From: an uncultured Lachnospiraceae bacterium
GTDB taxonomy: Bacteria > Bacillota > Clostridia > Oscillospirales > CAG-272
Direction: 5' to 3'
Assembly: GCA_964586965.1 (NCBI GenBank)
Contig: CAZPJU010000001.1
Location: forward strand, 1-40,176
DNA: 40,176 nt
This document shows, piece after piece, positions 26,549-34,469 of this stretch. The translations under genes and the position numbers were made by a program. Position 1 is the first letter of the stretch. Every line of letters starts with the position of its first letter. The notes below the pieces were generated by a model. That model was not told where the DNA came from. It saw nothing but the letters and a program-made list of their open reading frames with translations, and ran no database searches.

Positions 26549-27443
26549 TTCGGCGATGATTGTCGTCCTGCTTTTGCTTGCATTGATGCCGCTGACTATC
26601 GTTTTTGCGGCTGATACGGAGTTGGAGCTTGGCGTGACGATTTCGTACAGAGACGGAGATAAGCCGATTGTCGGAGCGGAGTTTAAGCTGTTTTTTGTTG
26701 CATCTGTTGACGAAACCGGGAAATCAACTCCGACAGAAGCCTTTGAGCGGTATTTCGGGAAAATCAGCACAGACAGCGCCGCTACACTCGAAGCTTATGT
26801 TTTGCGTGATAATATCTCTCCTTGCGACAGCGGAAAAACCGACGCCAACGGCATAATTTGCTTTTCCACCGCCGAAAATAAGCTCGAACGTGGTGTTTAT
26901 TTGGTCATAGGTGAACGTCATGAGCAAAACGGTAAACGCTATGATGCCGTTCCGTTTTTTGTTGTGCTTCCGGGAAAGAGCAATACGGTAGGTGCTTCGG
27001 TAAAGTTTGAATCTACCGATGTCCCGAATGGCGATGATACTGTTAAACGTAGGGTAGTGAAGCTTTGGAAAGATGACGGACATGAAAGCGATCGTCCGAA
27101 AGAAGTAACCGTTCAACTTCTGAAAAACGGCAAGATATACGATACCGTTATTCTTAACACGGAAAATAATTGGAGATATGAGTGGGATGCGCTTGACGGC
27201 GATGCCAAATGGACTGTCACCGAAAAAGAGATCGAGGGGTATACGGTTGAGATCACACGAGAGGGCGTAAGCTTTGCGATTGCGAATACACGTACCGATG
27301 ATACTCCCGATGACACGCCTTCAAAGCCTTCGCTTCCTCAAACAGGACAGCTGTGGTGGCCCGTTCCCGTGTTTTTCTGTGCGGGATTGATTTGCCTTGT
27401 GATCGGCTTCGCTTGCCGTAGGGGTGAATACAATGAAAAATAA
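26517..27443 (+). CDS. LPXTG Cna-B-domain minor (basal) pilin candidate
   Basis: It has a signal peptide, a Cna-B repeat (VVKLWKDDGHESDRPKEVTVQLLKNGKIY...WTVTEKEIEGYTVEI), and LPQTGQLWWPVPVF plus a TM helix plus RRGEY. The start at 26517/26520 follows GAGGTG and overlaps the end of the sortase gene. Confidence 0.8.
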   Translation: MMRTNVIKRFSSAMIVVLLLLALMPLTIVFAADTELELGVTISYRDGDKPIVGAEFKLFFVASVDETGKSTPTEAFERYFGKISTDSAATLEAYVLRDNISPCDSGKTDANGIICFSTAENKLERGVYLVIGERHEQNGKRYDAVPFFVVLPGKSNTVGASVKFESTDVPNGDDTVKRRVVKLWKDDGHESDRPKEVTVQLLKNGKIYDTVILNTENNWRYEWDALDGDAKWTVTEKEIEGYTVEITREGVSFAIANTRTDDTPDDTPSKPSLPQTGQLWWPVPVFFCAGLICLVIGFACRRGEYNEK

Positions 27444-28149
27444 AAGTAATGTGTTTATTTTTGCAGGGCTGCTGCTGATCGCGGCGGCTCTGCTTCTGAC
27501 TTTGCGAAATTATTGCGAAAACGCACAAGCGGAAGATGCCTCACGCGACGCTGTGAACCGGCTTGAAGCGCTTATATCCGCTTCCGCAAATGATCGCGTA
27601 AATGCCGGCACCGGTGATTCCGGTGATGTCGATGCGAGCGATACGGGAGACAGTAAATTCGATTCAACGGGCGAAGAACCTGCCGAAACGCCGAGCGTGC
27701 CATCGCGAGATGATGAGGAGATCCCCGACTATGTGTTGAATCCCGAAATGGAGATGCCGACACAAGCTGTTGCAGGAGTTTCCTATATCGGAATTATATA
27801 TTTCCCCACGTTGAACTTGAAACTTCCCGTTATTGACGTTTGGAACTATAAAAATCTTAAAATTGCTCCGTGCCGCTATTCGGGCAGTGCATATTCGGGG
27901 AATTTTGTTGTGTGTGCACATAACTATACGTCGCATTTCGGTAAGATCGGACGTTTGCGGATAGGTGACGAGGTAGTTTTTACCGATGTTGACGGAAACG
28001 AGTTTCGCTACGAAGTCGCAGAACTCGACAGCGTTAAACCGACCGATGTCGATTCCGTAACAAACGAAGATTGGGATCTGACGCTGTTTACCTGCACAAT
28101 GTCCGGAAAACGCAGGATCACTGTCAGATGTATAAAAACAAGCGGATAA
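27433..28149 (+). CDS. Second sortase-family transpeptidase (class uncertain) with acidic linker
   Basis: It has an N-terminal TM helix and a D/S/E-rich linker. Catalytic motifs are VVCAHNY (His), LFTCT (Cys) and RRITVRC (Arg). ATG at 27433 follows AGGGGTG. Confidence 0.75.
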   Translation: MKNKSNVFIFAGLLLIAAALLLTLRNYCENAQAEDASRDAVNRLEALISASANDRVNAGTGDSGDVDASDTGDSKFDSTGEEPAETPSVPSRDDEEIPDYVLNPEMEMPTQAVAGVSYIGIIYFPTLNLKLPVIDVWNYKNLKIAPCRYSGSAYSGNFVVCAHNYTSHFGKIGRLRIGDEVVFTDVDGNEFRYEVAELDSVKPTDVDSVTNEDWDLTLFTCTMSGKRRITVRCIKTSG

Positions 28150-28160
28150 TAAATAAAAAA

Positions 28161-28189
28161 AGAAGACTCAGAGAGTCTTCTTTTTTTTA
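28161..28189. terminator. Bidirectional intrinsic terminator (pilus locus / MFS gene)
   Basis: The stem is AGAAGACTC, loop AGA, GAGTCTTCT, with an A-run upstream and a T-run downstream. The MFS stop codon lies inside the stem-loop. Confidence 0.8.
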
Positions 28190-29346
28190 TTTGAAAAAGC
28201 GGCAAAAATACCGCAGACGGCAAGCGCGACGGGAGGAATGAACATTCCGATTTCGATTCCGAATGCACCGCCGACAGCACCGATGAGGGGAGAGGCAATA
28301 CTGTTGCCGATCAGCATTGCGAGATTCATGTATGTTGACGCGCCGGTTGTGTTTCCGACCATGATCTCACAAGCAAGTGAAATTGCGATCGGAATGAATG
28401 CTCCCGCCACAAACGATGAAAGCGCCGACATAATTATGTATGCAGTTCCGTTTTGGGACAAAACGCCGACAAAAAGAAGTCCGGACGCGATGAGGGGAGC
28501 AAAAGCGAGGTATGTACGCGAGTTTAGACTGAAAAATTTTCGCAAAACGGGCATGGACAGGCGAGATGCCGTTAGTCCCAAGTAAAGCAGAGAAAGCGTG
28601 ATCACTTTTGAATCCGATGCGGACATGAGCGAGGATTCGTAGCTTTCCGTGTAGCAGATCATGCCGACAAGATAAACACCGTACAAACAGATGGAAAGTG
28701 CTAACGGAATCAACTTTTTATCGAATTTCGCGCGAGTCGAACTTACAGAGGCAGATGTAGGGGAGAACTTGCGCCCTCCGAATACAAAAAGCAAAATCAG
28801 ATACGTAAGCACACACAAAACGAAGCAACCGATCAATGTGTACGGAAACGACCATTTTGCGGAATCCGACAGAACGAAAGCGATCACGATAGGCGCGATT
28901 ATTCCGGCAGCACCGTGACTTCCGTGAAGCAGACACATCATTCCGGAGGCGCTTTCGCCGTATACGTCGGCAACGAGCGCGGATGCGAGAACATCTATTG
29001 TTCCGTATGCAAGACCTACGATTGCGAAAACGGCAACAAAAGCGACAAAAGACGGTGCCGTTCCGAGCACAAACATGGCAGCAGCCATGGCAGCCGCGGA
29101 TGCGGCAATGAGTATGAGTTTTCCGTTACCTTTCAGCTTCCCGGAGACAACCGCCAATATCAAAACAGCGATGATGCAGCCGATCTGCATTGCGGAGTTT
29201 GGATAGCCGCGGCTTGCGCTCTCTCCGTCAAGGTAATTTTCCGTGATCGGGGTCAACATCGGCCCGAAAGAGGAGTTTACAATGGCAAGTGTGATCGTTG
29301 AAAGGCAAGCCGCAATCAAAAACGGGATCTTTTTTAATGATTTCAT
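28168..29346 (-). CDS. MFS transporter
   Basis: It is 392 aa with about 12 hydrophobic segments in a typical 6+6 layout. Its start overlaps the trx stop by 1 nt (TAATG). Confidence 0.8.
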   Translation of the reverse strand: MKSLKKIPFLIAACLSTITLAIVNSSFGPMLTPITENYLDGESASRGYPNSAMQIGCIIAVLILAVVSGKLKGNGKLILIAASAAAMAAAMFVLGTAPSFVAFVAVFAIVGLAYGTIDVLASALVADVYGESASGMMCLLHGSHGAAGIIAPIVIAFVLSDSAKWSFPYTLIGCFVLCVLTYLILLFVFGGRKFSPTSASVSSTRAKFDKKLIPLALSICLYGVYLVGMICYTESYESSLMSASDSKVITLSLLYLGLTASRLSMPVLRKFFSLNSRTYLAFAPLIASGLLFVGVLSQNGTAYIIMSALSSFVAGAFIPIAISLACEIMVGNTTGASTYMNLAMLIGNSIASPLIGAVGGAFGIEIGMFIPPVALAVCGIFAAFSNKKKKTL

Positions 29347-29660
29347 TATTTTCCGAGCAACTCAAGAATAGCTGACTTGGGCTTTACGCCGAGAGCAGAC
29401 GCTTTACGCTCGCCGTTTTCAACAACAACGAAGCAGGGGATGGCGCTGATCGCGTACTGATTCGCGAGTTCGGGCTCGTCGTCAACGTTGACTGACGCAA
29501 CTTTGTAGCTGCCGTCGGATTCTTCTGCGATCTCATCGATCACGGGGGACATCATACGGCACGGGCCGCACCAAGTTGCCCAAAAGTCGATGAGCACGGG
29601 AACCGTTGATTCAAGTACCTCTTGAGTGTAGTTTTCTTTCGTTATTTTTACTACTGTCAT
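29346..29660 (-). CDS. trxA: Thioredoxin
   Basis: It is 104 aa with the WATWCGPCRMM active site. A GAAAGGA RBS precedes the start. Confidence 0.9.
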   Translation of the reverse strand: MTVVKITKENYTQEVLESTVPVLIDFWATWCGPCRMMSPVIDEIAEESDGSYKVASVNVDDEPELANQYAISAIPCFVVVENGERKASALGVKPKSAILELLGK

Positions 29661-29677
29661 AAATTTATTCCTTTCGT

Positions 29678-29884
29678 TTAAGCTTTGTCTTTTTCTTTGT
29701 AATAGAGCAAGCAGTGGCAGTATCCTTCAAAATCCGGATCCGCGATCTGTTCTCTGAATTCCTTACACATACATTTTGTATCGGGCGTTGATTCGCGTCT
29801 GCACGGACAGTATCCGCCGCGTTCGCGAAGCCCTTCTTTTATCATACGGACGATTTCGGCGTCCTCGTTGAGTCTGATAGGCAT
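29678..29884 (-). CDS. Small ferredoxin:thioredoxin-reductase catalytic-subunit-like Cys-rich protein
   Basis: It is 68 aa with CPC...CMC...CHC cysteine pairs, resembling the FTR catalytic-subunit CPC/CPC/CHC pattern. It has an AAGGAG RBS and sits immediately upstream of trxA. Confidence 0.55.
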   Translation of the reverse strand: MPIRLNEDAEIVRMIKEGLRERGGYCPCRRESTPDTKCMCKEFREQIADPDFEGYCHCLLYYKEKDKA

Positions 29885-30028
29885 AGAATCGCTCCTTTTT
29901 AAGATTTTTTCGACCTAATTATATCATCCCCGAATATTTTTTTCAATGATGTGCCGTAATATTCTGTGAAATATCGGAAATGATATCTCGGCTTAAAGAT
30001 TTTTTAAGAATTATATCATCGTCCGTAC

Positions 30029-30057
30029 TTGAAAAGCGGATTTGAATGCTATATAAT
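30029..30057 (+). promoter_or_regulatory. Candidate sigmaA promoter of ireB operon
   Basis: TTGAAA (30029-30034), a 17-nt spacer and TATAAT (30052-30057). Confidence 0.5.
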
Positions 30058-30116
30058 ATAAAAAAGACACAAAAAGCAGTGTCAGAAAAGGGATCAATAT
30101 AAGGAGGTCTGATACA

Positions 30117-30371
30117 GTGAAAAAAGCAGGCGAAGAAACCATTACCTTTTCCATTCATGAAACACCCGAAAATGAGTTGCAGCGCACTCTTGCAACAGTA
30201 TATGACGCGCTTGTGGAAAAAGGATATAATCCCATTAACCAGATAGTCGGCTATATTCTCTCCGAAGACCCGACATATATTACGAATCACAATAACGCCA
30301 GATCGCTTATAAGCAAGATCGACCGCTACGAGCTTCTTACGGAGCTTGTTAAGTGCTATCTTGATATTTGA
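30117..30371 (+). CDS. ireB: IreB-family regulatory phosphoprotein (UPF0297/DUF965)
   Basis: [55 protein letters not shown] matches the UPF0297 family. It uses a GTG start 8 nt after AAGGAGG. Confidence 0.8.
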   Translation: MKKAGEETITFSIHETPENELQRTLATVYDALVEKGYNPINQIVGYILSEDPTYITNHNNARSLISKIDRYELLTELVKCYLDI

Positions 30372-30373
30372 TT

Positions 30374-30772
30374 ATGCCGAATCCGAAGCTTCCCGTAACC
30401 GTAACCGCGCCCGTTATGCACGGACGCGGTCTCGGTCACAGCTTAGGTGCTCCGACAATTAATCAGCCGTTGCCCGATCATGCACGTGACCTTTGCTACG
30501 GTGTTTATTTTTCACGCTGTACGATAGGCGGAAGAACGTATACCGCTGTTACAAACGTCGGCGTTAAGCCGACTGTTTCACAAAGCGGCGATCCTGTCGC
30601 GGAAACGCATATTCTTGACTGTGACGCGGATCTGTACGGTATGGAAGCGTGCACCGAGTTGCTGTTTTTTCGGCGCGAAGAAAAGAAATTTTCGTCGGAG
30701 ACGGAGCTTGCACGTACGATTGCCGAGGACGTTGCGGCTGCAAGAGAATACTTCAAATCCCAAACGGTGTAA
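30374..30772 (+). CDS. Monofunctional riboflavin kinase domain protein
   Basis: VMHGRGLGHSLGAPTIN...GVYFS...TNVGVKPT...ETHILDCDADLYG...FFRREEKKFSS matches the RibF C-terminal kinase domain. No FAD synthetase domain is present. Confidence 0.7.
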   Translation: MPNPKLPVTVTAPVMHGRGLGHSLGAPTINQPLPDHARDLCYGVYFSRCTIGGRTYTAVTNVGVKPTVSQSGDPVAETHILDCDADLYGMEACTELLFFRREEKKFSSETELARTIAEDVAAAREYFKSQTV

Positions 30773-32155
30773 ATGAGGATGAAAAATATTATTGAGAAAA
30801 AAAAACGTGCACATAGCGTTGCCGTGCGCTTGATCGCCATGATCTTCGCGGCCTTTTTTGTTTTTTCGGCACCTGTGACGGCAAGCGCGGCTTCGCAAGG
30901 GGATGTTTATGCATCCGATATCGGAATAGAAACCTCGCATATAAAGGGCGCATATCTTTACAATCTCGAAAATGATTTCACAGTGCTGTCGTATGCGGCG
31001 GAAGATACTGTTTATCCGACATCCACAGTCAAAATAATGTCCGGTATTCTCGTGCTTGAACAGCTTTCTTCGCGGATGAACGAAAATGTTACGGTCACAT
31101 CGGAAATGCTTGAAGGCGTGGGCGGAAATACCATGAAACCGTGCCTTGAGGACGGCGAAATAATTTCGATAGAAAATCTCCTGTACGCGATGTTGGTGGG
31201 CGGTGCAAACGATGCCGCTCATGTACTTGCGTGTGTTACGGCGGGATCTGTTGATGCTTTTGTTGACATGATGAACGCGCGTGCCGCCGAGCTCGGAGCC
31301 GTCGGAACGCACTATAAAAATCCGTCCGGCGTTCACGACAGCGAAATGTACACAACAGTTGCGGACACAGCCAAAATCGCGCTCCATGCGTATTCTCTGC
31401 CGAACTTCATGGAGATAACAACGACTACCAAGCACGTTATCCCGGAAACAAATAAAAACGAATACAGAAATATATATAACCGTAATTATCTTATTTCGAC
31501 CTCCAGCGTTATGAAGTATTTTTATCCGGACGCGTCCGGAATGAATGCAGGCTCAACCTCGCAGGGAGGAAGTTGCGTTGTTACAACAGCACAACGAGAC
31601 GGGTTAACGTATCTTGCAGTTGTTATGGGTGCCGATACCGACGAGGAAAATGACGTTATCTATTCTTATACCGAATGTAAAAAGCTGCTTGACTATGCAT
31701 TTGCCTCGTACGGGAATATAGAGCTTGTCAAAGAGGGGGAAATGATCTGCGAAATACCGGTGACACTCTCCGGTACGACCGATTATGTTACGCTTGTGAC
31801 AAAGAATTCAATGTCAATGTATCTCCCTACTTCAACGGATATCGAAACGGAAATCAAGCGAAGCTATAAGACTTCGTTTGACGCACTTACTGCTCCCGTT
31901 GCCGCAGGCGATGTCGCCGGCGTTATGACTGTCATGTATAACGGCGAGATTGTAGGAAATATCGAACTTGTAACGACTGTCGCCGTTGCAAGAAGCGAAT
32001 TTTTGTATACGCTTGAACAGATCAAATCTTTCGGCACAAGCAGATTTTTTATTGCTTCCGTTGTCGCGGCGTTTGTTTTGACGGTGCTATACATTATATG
32101 TAAGGCGATATACCTTCATAGAAAAAAGACTCGCAGAATTTGGCGTTCAAGATGA
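30773..32155 (+). CDS. Peptidase S11 (D-Ala-D-Ala carboxypeptidase) homolog with C-terminal membrane anchor
   Basis: It has a signal peptide and an SxxK motif (STVK) in the context YPTSTVKIMSG. The overall layout resembles PBP5/DacF, with a C-terminal TM helix. See the finding on its atypical second and third motifs. Confidence 0.7.
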   Translation: MRMKNIIEKKKRAHSVAVRLIAMIFAAFFVFSAPVTASAASQGDVYASDIGIETSHIKGAYLYNLENDFTVLSYAAEDTVYPTSTVKIMSGILVLEQLSSRMNENVTVTSEMLEGVGGNTMKPCLEDGEIISIENLLYAMLVGGANDAAHVLACVTAGSVDAFVDMMNARAAELGAVGTHYKNPSGVHDSEMYTTVADTAKIALHAYSLPNFMEITTTTKHVIPETNKNEYRNIYNRNYLISTSSVMKYFYPDASGMNAGSTSQGGSCVVTTAQRDGLTYLAVVMGADTDEENDVIYSYTECKKLLDYAFASYGNIELVKEGEMICEIPVTLSGTTDYVTLVTKNSMSMYLPTSTDIETEIKRSYKTSFDALTAPVAAGDVAGVMTVMYNGEIVGNIELVTTVAVARSEFLYTLEQIKSFGTSRFFIASVVAAFVLTVLYIICKAIYLHRKKTRRIWRSR

Positions 32156-33024
32156 AAAAACGAAATGCTTTGCTCTCGATTGCGCTTGTTTTGTCGGTTT
32201 TGCTTGTTGCCGTGATTGCCGCAGTATACGTTTGGCGCGGCACATCTCCGGAACAAAGCTTAACGGACGAGGAAAATTACGTATTTTTTATCAACGTAGG
32301 CAGAGGCGATGCGATACTTATCCGTTCGGGCGATAAATATCTGCTTATTGACGCAGGCTCTAAGGCTCATTCGGAGGAGCTTGTTTCGGCACTGAGACTT
32401 GCCGGCGTTCAAAAGCTTGACGCGCTTGTCGTAACTCATGAAAACAGCGATCATTTCGGCGGTGTCGAGCCGTTGTCGGAGCAGATACCGATCGAGCGAG
32501 TCTATTGCCCGAAATTTTCCGAGAGGGACAAAAACGGAAAAAACAAGCTGAAGAAAAAGCTTAAAAAGCTTGGATTTGATACAACTTCCGTTGCCGCCGG
32601 TGACGTAATTGAGCTGGGGGATGTTAAACTTGATGTGCTTGGCCCTGCCGAGTATCTTGAATCGAACGAAAACGATAATTCCGTTGTTTTGCGCGGAGAG
32701 ATCGGAGGAGTGACATATCTTTTTACGGGAGATATGGAGTTCGCGGAGGAAAGTTCGATTATTGCGACGGGAGCGAAGCTTGACTGTGATGTGCTCAAGG
32801 TTGCGGATCACGGTCAGGTCAAATCAACTTCGCCCGAATTTGCGGCGCTTGCTTCACCGAAGGTGTCGATTGTGATGACCTCGACAAAGGCGGATGGAAA
32901 TACAGCGTCGGTCAAAGTCCGAGATGTGCTCTCCGAGTATGGCAAAGTTTACGTTACGGAAAGTTCGGAGCACGGAATTCTTACATTCGAAAAAGACGGC
33001 GAAATAATGGTTTTGTATATATAA
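32152..33024 (+). CDS. Membrane-anchored MBL-fold hydrolase (ComEC C-terminal-domain-like)
   Basis: It has an N-terminal TM helix plus FINVGRGDAILIRSGDKYLLIDAG and VVTHENSDHFGG (an HxHxDH variant). ATG at 32152 overlaps the upstream stop (ATGA). Confidence 0.7.
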   Translation: MKKRNALLSIALVLSVLLVAVIAAVYVWRGTSPEQSLTDEENYVFFINVGRGDAILIRSGDKYLLIDAGSKAHSEELVSALRLAGVQKLDALVVTHENSDHFGGVEPLSEQIPIERVYCPKFSERDKNGKNKLKKKLKKLGFDTTSVAAGDVIELGDVKLDVLGPAEYLESNENDNSVVLRGEIGGVTYLFTGDMEFAEESSIIATGAKLDCDVLKVADHGQVKSTSPEFAALASPKVSIVMTSTKADGNTASVKVRDVLSEYGKVYVTESSEHGILTFEKDGEIMVLYI

Positions 33025-33052
33025 AAAAGCACGCAAAAGCGTGCTTTTTTGT
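33024..33052. terminator. Bidirectional intrinsic terminator
   Basis: The stem is AAGCACGC, loop AAAA, GCGTGCTT, flanked by an A-run and a T-run, between convergent genes. Confidence 0.85.
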
Positions 33053-33060
33053 TTTGATTA

Positions 33061-34443
33061 TCAGAATTTAATCGCGTTTTCGATGTACGCTCTGACCTCT
33101 GCGATGGGGAGGCGAACCTGCTCCATTGTGTCACGGTCACGGACTGTTACGCAACCGTCCGTTTCGCTTTCGAAGTCGTAGGTGATGCAGAACGGTGTGC
33201 CGATCTCATCCTCGCGGCGGTAGCGCTTGCCGATTGAGCCTGTTTCGTCGAAGTCAACCATAAAGTACTTCGAAAGCTCGTCGCGAACTTCCATTGCCTT
33301 TTCGGAAAGTTTCTTTGAAAGCGGAAGAACCGCAACTTTGTAGGGCGCAACGACGGGACTGAGGTGAAGCACAACGCGAGTGTCGTTCTTTTCAGCGTCG
33401 ATGATCTCCTCGTCGTATGCTTCGCAAAGCAGCGCGAGAACGGTTCTGTCAAGACCGTAGGTGGATTCGATGATGTAGGGTATGTATCTTTCGTTTGTAA
33501 CGGGATCGAGATAATCCATTTTCTGACCGCTGTATTCCTGGTGACGTGTAAGGTCGAAGTCCGTGCGGTTGTGAGTGCCGTTGACCTCGCCCCAACCGAG
33601 CGTCGGGAACAGGAATTCGATGTCGCACGCCGCTTTTGCGTAATGCGCGAGCTTTTCGTGGTCATGGTATCTCAAATGATCGGGAGCGATGCCGAGATCT
33701 TCGTAATATTTTTTGCCGAATGCCTTGAAGTATTCGTAAAGTTCGGAGTCGGTTCCTTCCTTGCAGAAAGTCTGGAATTCCATCTGCTCGAATTCAATCG
33801 TGCGGAACGTGAAGTTACCGGGAGTGATCTCGTTACGGAACGCCTTACCGATCTGACCGATCGAGAAGGGGAGCTTGGCGCGCATTGTGCGCTGAACGTT
33901 CAAGTAGTTTACGTATTCGCCCTGAGCGTTTTCGGGACGAAGGTAAATGACGGATTTCTTGCCGTCTGTAACACCGCGTTCGGTCTGGAACATGAGATTG
34001 AATTCGCGAATACCGGTGAAGTTGTGCTTTCCGCAATGAGGACAGGGGATGGAGTGAGCCTTGATGTACTCAAACATTTCTTCCTTTGTCATTCCGTCTG
34101 CGTGAGCGTTCGGGTCGAAATTGTCGATGAGATTGTCCGCACGGTGGCGCATTTTGCATTCCTTGCAGTCAAGCAGGGGGTCGGAGAAGCTTGCAACGTG
34201 ACCGCTTGCTTCCCAAACGCGAGGATTCATAAGAATGTCCGCGTCAACTTCGAAGCTGTTATGACGTTCCTGAATGAAGCGTTTTCTCCACGTGTCTTTG
34301 ACATTGTTTTTCAGGCGAGCGCCGAGTGGGCCGTAGTCCCAAGTGTTGGCAAGACCGCCGTAAATCTCACTGCCGGGGAAAATGAAGCCTCTGCTTTTGC
34401 AAAGCGCGATGATTTTGTCCATTGTTTTTTCTGTGTTGTTCAT
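33061..34443 (-). CDS. glyQS: Glycine--tRNA ligase (single-chain alpha2 type)
   Basis: The N-terminus is KIIALCKSRGFIFPGSEIYGGLANTWDYGPLG. Class II motifs are present, and the 460-aa length fits. Confidence 0.95.
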   Translation of the reverse strand: MNNTEKTMDKIIALCKSRGFIFPGSEIYGGLANTWDYGPLGARLKNNVKDTWRKRFIQERHNSFEVDADILMNPRVWEASGHVASFSDPLLDCKECKMRHRADNLIDNFDPNAHADGMTKEEMFEYIKAHSIPCPHCGKHNFTGIREFNLMFQTERGVTDGKKSVIYLRPENAQGEYVNYLNVQRTMRAKLPFSIGQIGKAFRNEITPGNFTFRTIEFEQMEFQTFCKEGTDSELYEYFKAFGKKYYEDLGIAPDHLRYHDHEKLAHYAKAACDIEFLFPTLGWGEVNGTHNRTDFDLTRHQEYSGQKMDYLDPVTNERYIPYIIESTYGLDRTVLALLCEAYDEEIIDAEKNDTRVVLHLSPVVAPYKVAVLPLSKKLSEKAMEVRDELSKYFMVDFDETGSIGKRYRREDEIGTPFCITYDFESETDGCVTVRDRDTMEQVRLPIAEVRAYIENAIKF

Positions 34444-34469
34444 TATTAAGAGTTCCTTTCGTCGGGGAC

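Noticed and set aside
20000-28190. The pilus locus as a tRNA-Thr-integrated genomic island or mobile element.
   Set aside because: There is no integrase, recombinase or transposase gene. I could not find a direct repeat of the tRNA 3' end at the distal boundary (around 28150). There is no obvious compositional break. Adjacency to the tRNA alone is insufficient.
34444-34469. A T-box leader upstream of glyQS.
   Set aside because: Only 26 nt separate glyQS from the upstream LCP gene. The next non-coding stretch (35556-35675) is too short for a T-box and has no recognisable specifier-loop or T-box sequence. glyQS appears to be co-transcribed with the LCP gene.
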